Part shown: piece after piece, positions 22,969-32,504 of the stretch
How positions within the stretch are numbered: the first letter of the stretch is position 1
Layout: every line of letters starts with the position of its first letter
Source: Bdellovibrionota bacterium
GTDB taxonomy: Bacteria > Bdellovibrionota > UBA1018 > UBA923
Assembly: GCA_040754655.1 (NCBI GenBank)
Contig: JBFMCE010000007.1
Coordinates: 1-56,512 of the forward strand
Length of the DNA: 56,512 nucleotides
Direction of reading: 5' to 3'
Program-made: the position numbers and the translations under genes
The notes under the pieces: generated by a model
Databases searched by the model: none
Told to the model about the DNA's origin: nothing
What the model saw: only the letters and a program-made list of their open reading frames with translations

Positions 22969-23913
22969 ATGCAAAACGGATTCTTCAAAACTTTCGATGG
23001 CACCAGGCTCTTTTATTCCATTGAGGGGAGCGGCCCTCCTCTTATTTTTTGTTATGGGCTGGTGTGTTCAAAGCTCCATTGGAGCTACCAAATGGAGTAC
23101 TTTAAGAAAAACCACACCGTCATCTGGTTTGATTACCGCGGACACCACTGCTCGGATACGCCGCAGAATCCTGAACAACTCACTATTGAAAACATCGCTC
23201 GTGACATCGAATGCCTGCTCGATGAGCTCAAGATAGAAAAAGCCACTTTGCTCGGCCACTCCATGGGAGTGAACCTTGTGCTCGAATTTTACAGACGAGC
23301 GCCTGAGCGGGTGAGTGCGATGGTTCTCGCCAATGGAAGCGCGCGAGGACCGCTTGAGACTATGTTCAGGTCAAATCTCATGCACCTGGCGTTCCCGTAC
23401 GTCTATCAGGCTTATCAAAAGTATCCAAAACTCATGAACCTGGTCTGGGCGGCGCAAGGCAAGAGCAAGGTCGTGCCTTGGATCGTGGGCCAACTGGGAT
23501 TCAACCCCAATCTCGCGAAAGAAGAAGACATCCGAACCTATGTTCGAATGATTTCGAAGATGGACATGATCATCACGCTCCAGCTTTTAAAAGATTATGA
23601 GAAGTATGACGCGACCCCATGGCTGCATAAAATCAAGGTCCCGACGCTGATCATCGCAGGCGAAAATGATTTGATCATTCCCCGGGAAGCCCAAGAAATC
23701 ATGCACCAGCTCATCCCGAACAGCCGCTATGAATTAGTGCGTAACGGGAGTCATTGTCCGCAAATGGACATCCCAGAGCTCGTGAACATCATCATCGAGC
23801 GTTTCTTGAAGGATGCCTTTTACCGGTCTTCTTCTTCCAAGGAATCGGAATCCGCATTCGGGGAAACAATGACATCGTCGGCCCAAAGATCCCGCCACGG
23901 GGAAGTGCGATAG
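22969..23913 (+). CDS. Alpha/beta-fold hydrolase
   Basis: DYRGH, GHSMG nucleophile elbow, GENDLIIP (Asp), GSHCPQ (His). Confidence 0.9.
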   Translation: MQNGFFKTFDGTRLFYSIEGSGPPLIFCYGLVCSKLHWSYQMEYFKKNHTVIWFDYRGHHCSDTPQNPEQLTIENIARDIECLLDELKIEKATLLGHSMGVNLVLEFYRRAPERVSAMVLANGSARGPLETMFRSNLMHLAFPYVYQAYQKYPKLMNLVWAAQGKSKVVPWIVGQLGFNPNLAKEEDIRTYVRMISKMDMIITLQLLKDYEKYDATPWLHKIKVPTLIIAGENDLIIPREAQEIMHQLIPNSRYELVRNGSHCPQMDIPELVNIIIERFLKDAFYRSSSSKESESAFGETMTSSAQRSRHGEVR

Positions 23914-25874
23914 CCGTGAAAGTTTGGGCGAAGCTTTTCTTTTGATGCCATCTCTTCCGAGGCCAAGCACCATCTGCCGTGGCAAGTGCCATTGCCAACA
24001 CCCGTGACCTCGCAAACCAGCGATTCCGGCGTGCCTTCAGCGAGGTGGCCATTGAACTCTTCGGGCGTCGTTCCTTTGCAGGGGCACAAGGGTTTTGAGA
24101 CGCTCTGTTTAGGGCTGTTGACCTCGACGGTGTCGCCCTCTTCCAATACGGTACGGCAGGCGAGCACCTGTTTGCCATTTACGCGGATCTCGCACAACCG
24201 GCATCCGCCATCATAACAAAATAGCGCTTCCTCAAATCGCCGGATTCCCAACTTCCAAAGCGCCACCGTCACGGGAACCCCAGTCGGACAGAGCCTTTTC
24301 GACCCGTTCAAGGTGATCCACCCGCGTTTGGTGACTTGAGTAGAAACCTGCTTTCCAAAAGCTCCGTCAGTTTCGACGGTTTCAGGCCTTGTATTCAACT
24401 TGAAATTTCGGGCCTCCCACAGATGAACGTTCGTAGACTCGATCTCCAACAAACGGTGCAAGCCGCGCTCATAAGAAGCCGAACCGACGACCCGCCCCGT
24501 TCCGAGGGTATCCCCTTTGCGGTTCAACAGAGTCACGAACGTGCCCGCTTTCCACAACTCTTGCGTATTCTCTGGCAAGAAATAGCGGGCCTTTTGCTGC
24601 TCCGGCAACTCACGCACCATCACAGCGGCTCCAGCGGGGCAAGAAACCACGCAAGCCCCGCAACCCGTGCAACGGTCTTCGATCAGCCGAGGCTCGTCTA
24701 AAAGCTGGGTGATCTCTATCGCGTTTTCAGGACAAGCATCCGCGCAAGCCCGACAAGGAATTTTCTCAAAACACTCTAAGCTTGCCATTGGTTTGGGATG
24801 AGCAAAACTACGAGGCGCCGAAGAGGATGTCTGCAGCGCAGACAAAGTCTTGCGGTCTAAGATCTTGCCACTGTAGTGCAACTCGCGACGCAGTTCGGGT
24901 TTGCGATAATTCGTGTATTCGCGCCTCTGTTGTCGAATGACCTTAAGCGCCCCTTCGGCTTCGCCATGATCTACGAGATCAAATTGCCTCGCTACTCTCC
25001 AGTAGACCTCGCGCCAGTCGATCACCTCAAGCCATGATTCTTCATCGGACTCGATTTCTCCGGGCAAAGAACGGCGGTGCACGTAGTACAATCCCTCTTT
25101 CCATTTGGATGGGTCATTCAGGGCGTTCGAATTGACCGGCGACAAAACCAATGTATCCGCCTTCAAAATCAACGTTCCCTGGTCATTGTCCAAAAAGAGC
25201 TCAAGCGAGTTCTTGCCGTTTGAACTCACCTTCCTTATCGCGTGATTAGGCAAGATTCTGCCGCCTTTGGCGATGAAACGATCACGATAGGCGCGCCAGC
25301 AGTTGAGTTGGTTTGAAGATTCAATGATGAAGCAGCTTTTCGCTCCGTTATCGAGCAGGCGAATAGCCCACCGAAACACCTGGTTGCTGCTTCCCAAGAA
25401 CGCGAAATCGTGTCCCGGCACCCACTTGTAGTTGAAAAACCAGCGAGCCAACGCGTTTAGGGTGAGCGTGCCCTGCGAAGTCCATCCCTCGAAGGGCTTC
25501 GGCCAGACTCCATGGGGTCCAACGACCACACAAGCATCCGTGCGCACGCGCGACCAAGCCCTGGTGTGCGGATTCAGAACCCGCAGCTCTATGCGATGCG
25601 AACGAGAAGCCTCCAGGAGTTTCGTTCCCACGACTTCGTGCCGCTCCATATAGCGGATCGTCTTCTTAGAGCCGAATTTTTGAACGGGTTTCGGGCCAAC
25701 GACCAGTATTTGGATCCCAAGCTTGTTCACTTTTTTTAGAAACTCTTCGGCAGCCGCCGGCCAAACGTATTCGCGCTCAAGCCCTCCTCTGGCCCCTGTG
25801 ACCAACACGCACAATTGAGTGCGAATATTATTTACTGGAGGGGTAAGTTCCACAAAACCTCCATCATATTCCAA
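23820..25874 (-). CDS. Multidomain Fe-S protein: degenerate Pyr_redox-like domain + 2[4Fe-4S] ferredoxin + [2Fe-2S] + BFD-like module
   Basis: ECFEKIPCRACADACP…CTGCGACVVSCP; LFCYDGGCRLC…VLAC; LCPC…GVGNGTCHGRWC; PFEGW..QG segment resembling sarcosine/proline dehydrogenase alpha subunits. Confidence 0.75.
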   Translation of the reverse strand: MEYDGGFVELTPPVNNIRTQLCVLVTGARGGLEREYVWPAAAEEFLKKVNKLGIQILVVGPKPVQKFGSKKTIRYMERHEVVGTKLLEASRSHRIELRVLNPHTRAWSRVRTDACVVVGPHGVWPKPFEGWTSQGTLTLNALARWFFNYKWVPGHDFAFLGSSNQVFRWAIRLLDNGAKSCFIIESSNQLNCWRAYRDRFIAKGGRILPNHAIRKVSSNGKNSLELFLDNDQGTLILKADTLVLSPVNSNALNDPSKWKEGLYYVHRRSLPGEIESDEESWLEVIDWREVYWRVARQFDLVDHGEAEGALKVIRQQRREYTNYRKPELRRELHYSGKILDRKTLSALQTSSSAPRSFAHPKPMASLECFEKIPCRACADACPENAIEITQLLDEPRLIEDRCTGCGACVVSCPAGAAVMVRELPEQQKARYFLPENTQELWKAGTFVTLLNRKGDTLGTGRVVGSASYERGLHRLLEIESTNVHLWEARNFKLNTRPETVETDGAFGKQVSTQVTKRGWITLNGSKRLCPTGVPVTVALWKLGIRRFEEALFCYDGGCRLCEIRVNGKQVLACRTVLEEGDTVEVNSPKQSVSKPLCPCKGTTPEEFNGHLAEGTPESLVCEVTGVGNGTCHGRWCLASEEMASKEKLRPNFHGYRTSPWRDLWADDVIVSPNADSDSLEEEDR

Positions 25875-26995
25875 AGGTCGCCCTCAAATGAAGTCGCCCA
25901 GTGGGTTTCATGACTTGTCTTACGCCACTGCGGGTTCTTCCAATCCCATTCAAGATGAAAAGACCGGTCTGTCCGAACAAATCTGGTGTTGGCTTCAGGC
26001 AAACTGTGCAAACGAAGCCCCTCATCAACAACTCTCTCAAGGCCGTCAGGACCTCGCGAAGCGTTCCATGTCGCTGTGCCTGAATTTCTTTTCCAGTTGT
26101 AGCAGATATCACCCAGCTCTAGCCATACGCGATCGTCAACATGGTCGCCAGCCTTTAACCCGTCTTCAATGGCCTGAGGTTTCAGAAACCTTGAACGCTC
26201 AAAATTCGCAAAATGCTGTTCTCGCCGTCGTTTGCGGACGCCTTGAATCCAAGGTTCCTCGCAGGCTGCGACGATAGACTTCAAATGTGGAAGCAGCTCG
26301 CCGGTCAAGAAAATCAAGAGACCACGATCGCATTCGACGCTCAGCTCTTCCTTTTCCCTCGTGGTGATGACGATCTTGCGACCATATCGACCACGAATCG
26401 TCGCACTATTGAAACAACGAGCCGATTCTTCGCGCGTTTCCGAAAAAAACTTGTTTTGAACGAAATGAGACAAATAAAGTCCCATGCGCGCAGCGTCCCA
26501 CCACAGACCGTATGCCCGCACGACGCCGCCTTCCATCTGCGAGACATAAGGAAGATAAACCCCAAACTGTTTCATCCGAGCCAACACGTTTTCAGGGGTG
26601 ACAAGACGAATCTGGCCGGAGCTCCAAGACTTTCTCTCTAGCTTGAAATACTCTCGCTCAAGCTCGTCAGTAGCCCTGCGATGAAGGGGGGTGCTGCTCA
26701 AGATCGACCAGTATTCGATTTTCCGCAAACCCGTCTGTTCGACCGTCGCTGGAAAGGCCTCTCTAAGCCTTTTCAGCAACGCATCGTAAAGGTTCGGAAG
26801 AGATGCGACTCCGTCTGAGCGGTAAGCGGCATTCCATAACCCCAAGCCCGACGAGGCTCGCAGATCATCGATCCCAAAATCATTCGTTGGATTGATTAAA
26901 ACCAGATTCACCCCGGCAGACATCAAACGATTCGCGGCAAGCACGGCTGCACTACCACTGCCAATGATGGCTACTTCAGTTTTAATTCGGCGCAT
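25832..26995 (-). CDS. Divergent FAD/NAD-binding Rossmann protein (DAO/sarcosine oxidase beta-like)
   Basis: N-terminal EVAIIGSGSAAVLAANRL…LVLIN followed by ASSGLG; the remainder is not recognisable. Confidence 0.55.
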   Translation of the reverse strand: MRRIKTEVAIIGSGSAAVLAANRLMSAGVNLVLINPTNDFGIDDLRASSGLGLWNAAYRSDGVASLPNLYDALLKRLREAFPATVEQTGLRKIEYWSILSSTPLHRRATDELEREYFKLERKSWSSGQIRLVTPENVLARMKQFGVYLPYVSQMEGGVVRAYGLWWDAARMGLYLSHFVQNKFFSETREESARCFNSATIRGRYGRKIVITTREKEELSVECDRGLLIFLTGELLPHLKSIVAACEEPWIQGVRKRRREQHFANFERSRFLKPQAIEDGLKAGDHVDDRVWLELGDICYNWKRNSGTATWNASRGPDGLERVVDEGLRLHSLPEANTRFVRTDRSFHLEWDWKNPQWRKTSHETHWATSFEGDLWNMMEVLWNLPLQ

Positions 26996-27011
26996 CTCAC
27001 CAAAGCCTTAA

Positions 27012-28262
27012 CTACGCTCCCGTCGGAGCTAACCGCATCAGCTCGCCCAACACCCGTCGCATTGCGGCCTGAATCTGGCTCTTTTTATAATTGCTATGCG
27101 AGCTCAAGCCCGCTCGACTCTCTCGATAACTTGCCTCATCCAAGATTTGCACCTCAAAAGGATAAAAAAACCGAATCTCTTTTTGAAGGTTCCTCAAATC
27201 CAACTTCTCAACCGTCTTCGCGATATTTTCAGGCAAAGCCCCGCCCTTTGTTTCAGCTTTCAAAGCGCGGATATCATCGAAGAGGGGGTTCTTGATCTTG
27301 ATCAGCTGACGGCACGTGAACTGAATCGCCGAATAGAAGCGGCTCGTGTGCGGATTCTCGGGATTCAACGCTCCTAATGAGTCGCTCTCGCAAAGTTGCA
27401 CGATTTTATTCTGCAAATCGCCGGGCGTGAGCGCGCCGCTTTCAACTTCCTTCATCAGGTGACTCAATGTCTTTGAAAACTGGGTCGTATCTACCAATGT
27501 ATTGCGAGAACGACTAGGCTTCACATTGGCTGGCATGAGCACGTAGCGGTCTTTTAAAAATTTAACGACCCTGATCGCATCAAACTTATTCTTCGTGACA
27601 AATCGAATGCCAATACGATCGAAAATATCTTCGGCCACGTTTTCCGGCTTGTGCAAAAGCTTCAAAATCACGCTGTCTCGTGACTTCTTGGGTTTGGTCT
27701 CGAAGGCCACGAGTTCAACACGATCGGGATCTCGCGTGTCTCTACCCAAAAAGAGCTGCCCCGATTCATCATTGACGATGAACTTATAAAAACGATCCAG
27801 GATTTGAGTTTGAACATCGGCGATATAATTCGAACGCAGATCCTTGTCGATATGCGCAATCGTGTGCATGATTTTAATCACCGCGCACGCCCACAAGGTG
27901 TTCAGCGCTTGGCCTGAGGCTCCACCAGCCTGAGGAGTACTGGCGTAGGTCAATAATTGTGCCATATCGCTCAGCTCGGCGATTTTTCGAGGAATCTCAA
28001 TCTTCAATCCGTCAGGGTTGTCGGGTTGCAAAAAATATCGGCGAATGAAACTCAGAGCTTCCTGAAAATTACCAAAGAGCTCGGCTTTCTCGATGGGATT
28101 ATCGATATCGTAACCGTAGCAGTCCATGTACCGAAGAGCTTCTTCGGTAGAACGAATGAGCAAGTGCGTTCCGCTATCAATGGCGGATTTTCCCCCAATA
28201 ATGACATCCAGCACTTCCCAATCAAATTCGTAGCGTTTTAAAAACTCTGGTGAAAGTCCCAC
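27012..28262 (-). CDS. TIGR04552-like protein with RelA/SpoT synthetase-type motifs
   Basis: IIGGKSAID, KKSRDSVILKLLHK, DIFDRIGIRFVT, NPH..FYSAIQFTCRQLI, FFYPFEVQI, SHSNYK. Confidence 0.8.
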   Translation of the reverse strand: MGLSPEFLKRYEFDWEVLDVIIGGKSAIDSGTHLLIRSTEEALRYMDCYGYDIDNPIEKAELFGNFQEALSFIRRYFLQPDNPDGLKIEIPRKIAELSDMAQLLTYASTPQAGGASGQALNTLWACAVIKIMHTIAHIDKDLRSNYIADVQTQILDRFYKFIVNDESGQLFLGRDTRDPDRVELVAFETKPKKSRDSVILKLLHKPENVAEDIFDRIGIRFVTKNKFDAIRVVKFLKDRYVLMPANVKPSRSRNTLVDTTQFSKTLSHLMKEVESGALTPGDLQNKIVQLCESDSLGALNPENPHTSRFYSAIQFTCRQLIKIKNPLFDDIRALKAETKGGALPENIAKTVEKLDLRNLQKEIRFFYPFEVQILDEASYRESRAGLSSHSNYKKSQIQAAMRRVLGELMRLAPTGA

Positions 28263-28350
28263 TCTGCCATTACGTTATCGAGTGCATAAGCGAAAAGCAA
28301 CGAGTAGCAACAAGTGGCGCTCTGCGACACTTCGAGGTAATCTAAGAGGC

Positions 28351-28845
28351 ATGTTTTTTCCACGTATTGTGAATCAATGGATCGTCACTTGGTTTGGCTG
28401 CGGTAAAGCTCCCTGGGCTCCGGGTACCGCGGGCAGCATTGGTGCATTGCCTCTCTGCTGGTTGGTGGCCGAGCATGCTCCTTTGGCTATAAGAATAAGC
28501 GTTGCTTTGGGAATGACAGCAATCGCGATACTCGCCGCAGCGCAAGATCAAAAGACAAGCAGCGTCTTTGACCCTTCCTACGTCGTCGTTGACGAGGTTG
28601 CCGGAATGCTCTGGTCGACTTTGTTTATCAGCCCAACTGCACTTTCATTGTTCGTTGCATTCGTTTTCTTTCGGATCTTTGACATCGTAAAACCTTTCCC
28701 AGCAAAACGTTTTGATCGCCTTTCTAAAACCGCTCCGGCATGGTTCCAGCGTGGAGCCTTCATCATTTTAGATGATGTGTTCGCGGGTTTTTACGCGGCA
28801 GGTGCCACTGCGCTCTTTTTGCATTTTTTCGTTGGTCGAATTTAA
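28351..28845 (+). CDS. pgpA: Phosphatidylglycerophosphatase A
   Basis: FGCGKAPWAPGTAGS, DPSYVVVDEVAG, FRIFDIVKPFP, IILDDVFAG. Confidence 0.93.
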   Translation: MFFPRIVNQWIVTWFGCGKAPWAPGTAGSIGALPLCWLVAEHAPLAIRISVALGMTAIAILAAAQDQKTSSVFDPSYVVVDEVAGMLWSTLFISPTALSLFVAFVFFRIFDIVKPFPAKRFDRLSKTAPAWFQRGAFIILDDVFAGFYAAGATALFLHFFVGRI

Positions 28846-29027
28846 AGCAGCGCAGGTTTGGCCCTCGGCTTGCTACACCGCGATGAGCATTGCGCGTTAG
28901 ACATATTTTTTTTACTAGAACATGTTGGCTTGATTTCGACTTTTCACTTCGACTCAGCATTTGATAGAGATGAACTTTGGCGGCGACACGCGCGGCAAAC
29001 CATAAGGATAAGGAAGGAGTTCTAATC

Positions 29028-30227
29028 GTGAGCATTTCAAACGAAACAACGACTGCAGGAAACAAAGCGAAGGCTTTGGAACTGGCTCTAAGCTCAATCG
29101 AAAAACAATTCGGCAAGGGCTCGATCATGAAGCTGGGTGAAGGCCAAACCCTCGTTCATGATGTACCTGCTATTTCTACAGGCTCTTTGAGTCTTGATAT
29201 CGCGCTTGGCGTGGGCGGATTGCCTCGCGGAAGAGTAATCGAGATTTTTGGACCTGAATCTTCAGGAAAAACAACGTTAACGCTTCATGCAATCGCCGAA
29301 GCGCAACGCCAAGGCGGTGTTGCTGCATTCGTCGATGCCGAGCATGCCCTTGATGTGGAATATGCACGCAAGCTCGGAGTGAAAGCGGAAGATCTTTTGA
29401 TCTCTCAACCCGATACTGGCGAACAGGCTCTTGAAATCGCAGACATGCTTGTTCGAAGCGGAGCAGTGGATTTGCTTGTCATTGACTCTGTAGCAGCTCT
29501 GGTGCCCCGGGCGGAAATCGAAGGAGAGATGGGCGATTCCCACATGGGCTTGCAAGCCAGGCTCATGAGCCAAGCTTTGAGAAAGCTTACAGGCACGATC
29601 TCAAAGAGCAAAACCACCGTCATTTTCATCAACCAGATCCGGATGAAAATTGGCGTGATGTTCGGCAATCCAGAGACCACCACGGGTGGCAATGCATTGA
29701 AGTTTTACTCGTCAGTACGCTTGGATATCAGACGCATCGCTGCGCTCAAGAACGGCGAAGACGTGATCGGCAATCGCACCCGTGTGAAAGTGGTGAAGAA
29801 CAAGGTGGCTCCGCCCTTTAAAGAAGTCGAATTCGACATTCTTTACGGTGAAGGCATCTCTCGCGAAGGCGACTTGCTCGATTTGGCTGCAGAGAAAGGC
29901 ATCATTGAGAAGAGCGGCACTTGGTATACTTACGGCACTGACCGTATCGGTCAAGGTCGTGAGAATGCCCGTTCTTGGCTGAAAGAACATCCTGAGGCGA
30001 TGGCTAAAATCCGTCGTGTGGTGCTTGAAAAGGCTGGGATGTGGAAAGGTGGCCCCGCTGAAAGCATGGCGACGCCAAATGGCAACGCCAATGCCAAGGA
30101 AGCTTTGGCACAAGCTCAAAAGCTTGCATCTTCTCCATCAAAAGAAGCTGCAAAACCTTCTGAAGCAAAAGCCTCGGCTCCTGCTGCAGCGAAATCCGCT
30201 TCGGCGCCGCAAAAACAGAAGCATTAA
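29028..30227 (+). CDS. recA: Recombinase RecA with Ala/Lys/Pro-rich C-terminal tail
   Basis: RBS AAGGAG then GTG at 29028; [57 protein letters not shown]. Confidence 0.99.
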   Translation: MSISNETTTAGNKAKALELALSSIEKQFGKGSIMKLGEGQTLVHDVPAISTGSLSLDIALGVGGLPRGRVIEIFGPESSGKTTLTLHAIAEAQRQGGVAAFVDAEHALDVEYARKLGVKAEDLLISQPDTGEQALEIADMLVRSGAVDLLVIDSVAALVPRAEIEGEMGDSHMGLQARLMSQALRKLTGTISKSKTTVIFINQIRMKIGVMFGNPETTTGGNALKFYSSVRLDIRRIAALKNGEDVIGNRTRVKVVKNKVAPPFKEVEFDILYGEGISREGDLLDLAAEKGIIEKSGTWYTYGTDRIGQGRENARSWLKEHPEAMAKIRRVVLEKAGMWKGGPAESMATPNGNANAKEALAQAQKLASSPSKEAAKPSEAKASAPAAAKSASAPQKQKH

Positions 30228-30251
30228 CCCGTTTTTAGAGTTCTCAATCAA

Positions 30252-30295
30252 AACCCACCTGGTGCAGGGCTTCTTTTCCCTTTGCCAGGTGGGTT
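30252..30295. terminator. Long hairpin between convergent recA and protease genes, probable terminator
   Basis: AACCCACCTGG (30252-30262) / CCAGGTGGGTT (30285-30295) perfect 11-bp stem plus inner AGGG/CCCT pairing; no clean U-tract. Confidence 0.6.
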
Positions 30296-30356
30296 CTCTC
30301 AATTCTTGATAAATCTTCATTTGTAGTGCGGCAGACGAGTTCTTCATCGCTCGTAG

Positions 30357-32234
30357 CTACTTTAGCCATTCGAAAGTGGAACATTCGGCTGATACGCCGT
30401 TGGGACATCCCGGACCAAGGTTTTTTCGAGACGTAAGTTGCTCGGTATTGCGATTAAACCGCGCGCAAGAATAATAAATACGGTTTTGATCAAGACATCC
30501 CGGCATTGTAATCGCCCGAAAATGCGCAGGGAAAAGCAAAGAAGCGCGTGTCGGATGTTTGAGCTTCATTAACACAATTCCCTTCTTCTCCGGCGCATCA
30601 AAATAAAAGTAATCTTGATATGGAACGGGCGCGGATAGAGCTTCTGAAGCGAGAACAGCATCCTGAATAAAAACCATCCCACCAGGGCACTCTTGGATTT
30701 CGCGCACGGGTTTTTTAGATAAGGCCTCGCTCAACTCCCGGCATTTCTCAGCAGGTAATTTAGCGCAATCGCATTTTAAACGCTCGTAATGGAGATTCAC
30801 CGACATTAATGCAGCGACGTTTGAAGACATAATAGAATTTCTTGGACCAAGAGAACGACAGTCATTAATCGGAAAGAATCTATTCCTTCCAGTAGTGTCG
30901 CCAAGCTCCACCCAATTCAAACGGCCAGTACTTGCATCAAGCAAGTACCCTTCGCCGGCTTCTTGATATTCATCCACTAATCCAAGGTTGTGAAGCATCT
31001 CATGAACAATAACCGAGCACTGGATATCGGGCGACCAATTACGAGAATCATCACGCTTAACATCTTTTCGAATTGCAATTTCAACTGCAGGAAACTTATT
31101 ACTTTCAAATAGAGCTCGTAATTCGAGCGTCTGATCATCCTGTCCCTTGTAGACTGGGTTCACTCGGTTCAAGCACTTTATTACTTCTTTCTTAACGGTT
31201 TCGACTTCAGTCTCAAGGCCCGATAACCTGATATTTAATTCAGCTAGATGATGATGTTCAGAGATTCTAGTAAGCCGGTACCTTGCATCGAGGCCTGAAC
31301 CAACATCTGTCCGATCAACTAGGGTCGACTTTCCGACGTCTAATTTTGTGCAAGAATTTCTTAAGGTCTTTTCCAAAAGCAGGTTTCTAATGCCTAAAGC
31401 CAGATCGTCTGACTGAACTATCTCAAAAACCCTTTCAAACCTCAGGTATTCAGCCCAAGAAGAGTCTGAAGATAAATGACCAGCCAAAGACGTGAGTATC
31501 TGAACGATCGCCTCTTTAAAACGGTTGCATATCGACGATGATGACCTACACACGCTCGTTCTCGGTACAGCTTCAGGTAAAGCTTTTAGATAGTATTCTA
31601 CTAACCGATCTACGCAATCACCCGGAGCAGATGTCAGTTCGCGCGGGAGAGTCCCGTAAACAACCTCAGAGGCAAAATATGCATTTTTATCAAAAGCTTC
31701 GAAGGAAAATCCTGGAGCGCATAAATTCGAAGGCATTTTCCAAGGATCGAGGCCGATCTTCTCTAATGGGATAAAAGCCGGACGTGTATTCCTTATGAGC
31801 GCCTTATCTCCCTGTTCTGCTGCATAAACTCTTAAATAATCATCGAAGGTCCCAGAAATTTCATCGCAAGAAGGACCTTCAGCACTTGTCCAATTTTCGC
31901 TCGTGCATCTGGTCTCGATCTCAGATTTTAAACGGTGCCTAAAGCCTAAGAGACAAGGAAAATAGTCGACCTCGCTTGCCTGCGATCGATCAAAAAACTT
32001 TTTAAGATTATCCCAATTATATCTTGGAGCTGGGCCGTTCTGAAACTCAAACTCAATTGCATTAAGCGCTGGAAGGGTAGATACCGATTCAGCTTCATTG
32101 GATACAGATTGAGTGCATCTCCATTCAACCGTGAATTTATGGGACGCCGACTTATTACCGGCATAAACAGCGCTCGAAGCACTGAACATCAGAACTAAAC
32201 TGGTAAAAATACTTTTGCAGCTCATTATCGACAC
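30357..32234 (-). CDS. Secreted Cys-rich zinc metalloprotease (metzincin-like)
   Basis: Signal peptide (…SAVYA|G), HEMLHNLGLVDEY zinc motif, downstream SIMS Met-turn candidate, many Cys; visibly AT-richer than flanks. Confidence 0.75.
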   Translation of the reverse strand: MSIMSCKSIFTSLVLMFSASSAVYAGNKSASHKFTVEWRCTQSVSNEAESVSTLPALNAIEFEFQNGPAPRYNWDNLKKFFDRSQASEVDYFPCLLGFRHRLKSEIETRCTSENWTSAEGPSCDEISGTFDDYLRVYAAEQGDKALIRNTRPAFIPLEKIGLDPWKMPSNLCAPGFSFEAFDKNAYFASEVVYGTLPRELTSAPGDCVDRLVEYYLKALPEAVPRTSVCRSSSSICNRFKEAIVQILTSLAGHLSSDSSWAEYLRFERVFEIVQSDDLALGIRNLLLEKTLRNSCTKLDVGKSTLVDRTDVGSGLDARYRLTRISEHHHLAELNIRLSGLETEVETVKKEVIKCLNRVNPVYKGQDDQTLELRALFESNKFPAVEIAIRKDVKRDDSRNWSPDIQCSVIVHEMLHNLGLVDEYQEAGEGYLLDASTGRLNWVELGDTTGRNRFFPINDCRSLGPRNSIMSSNVAALMSVNLHYERLKCDCAKLPAEKCRELSEALSKKPVREIQECPGGMVFIQDAVLASEALSAPVPYQDYFYFDAPEKKGIVLMKLKHPTRASLLFPAHFRAITMPGCLDQNRIYYSCARFNRNTEQLTSRKNLGPGCPNGVSAECSTFEWLK

Positions 32235-32242
32235 AGTCCAAC

Positions 32243-32259
32243 TACAAACGGTATGCCAA
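32243..32259 (-). promoter_or_regulatory. Candidate sigma54 -24/-12 promoter of the protease
   Basis: Minus strand TTGGCATACCGTTTGTA: GG-N10-GT (one mismatch at the -12 GC), with an AT-rich tract upstream. Confidence 0.4.
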
Positions 32260-32480
32260 ACAAAAAATCATTAAATATTAAGAACTTGAATGCAAATGCC
32301 ATTAACCTCATTGTCGAAGTAGTAGCCAAGTGCCGAAAAAGCAATACGAGAACTTCATGAATAACACTTAGTTACACCAGACTCATTACGAGAAGCCGGC
32401 CCAGCTAACCATTTTGGGGTGTTTAGAACAGACCGTGAGATCAAAAGGCCGGTTTCCGTAGGCTGTCGACAGGCCCAGTT

Positions 32481-32504
32481 CAAAGCTTCGCCGGCGAAGC
32501 TTTG
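32481..32504. repeat. Perfect 24-bp palindrome CAAAGCTTCGCCGGCGAAGCTTTG
   Basis: Equals its own reverse complement; near-copy at 33746-33767. Confidence 0.95.

Noticed and set aside
28918..28928. GAACATGTTGG upstream of recA as a LexA box
   Set aside because: Does not match GAAC-N4-GTTC or CTG-N10-CAG; an 8-bp palindrome is expected by chance.
30198..30213. GCTTCGGCGCCGCAAA in the recA tail resembling the HNH-associated palindrome
   Set aside because: Short imperfect match in GC-rich Ala/Pro codons; compatible with chance.
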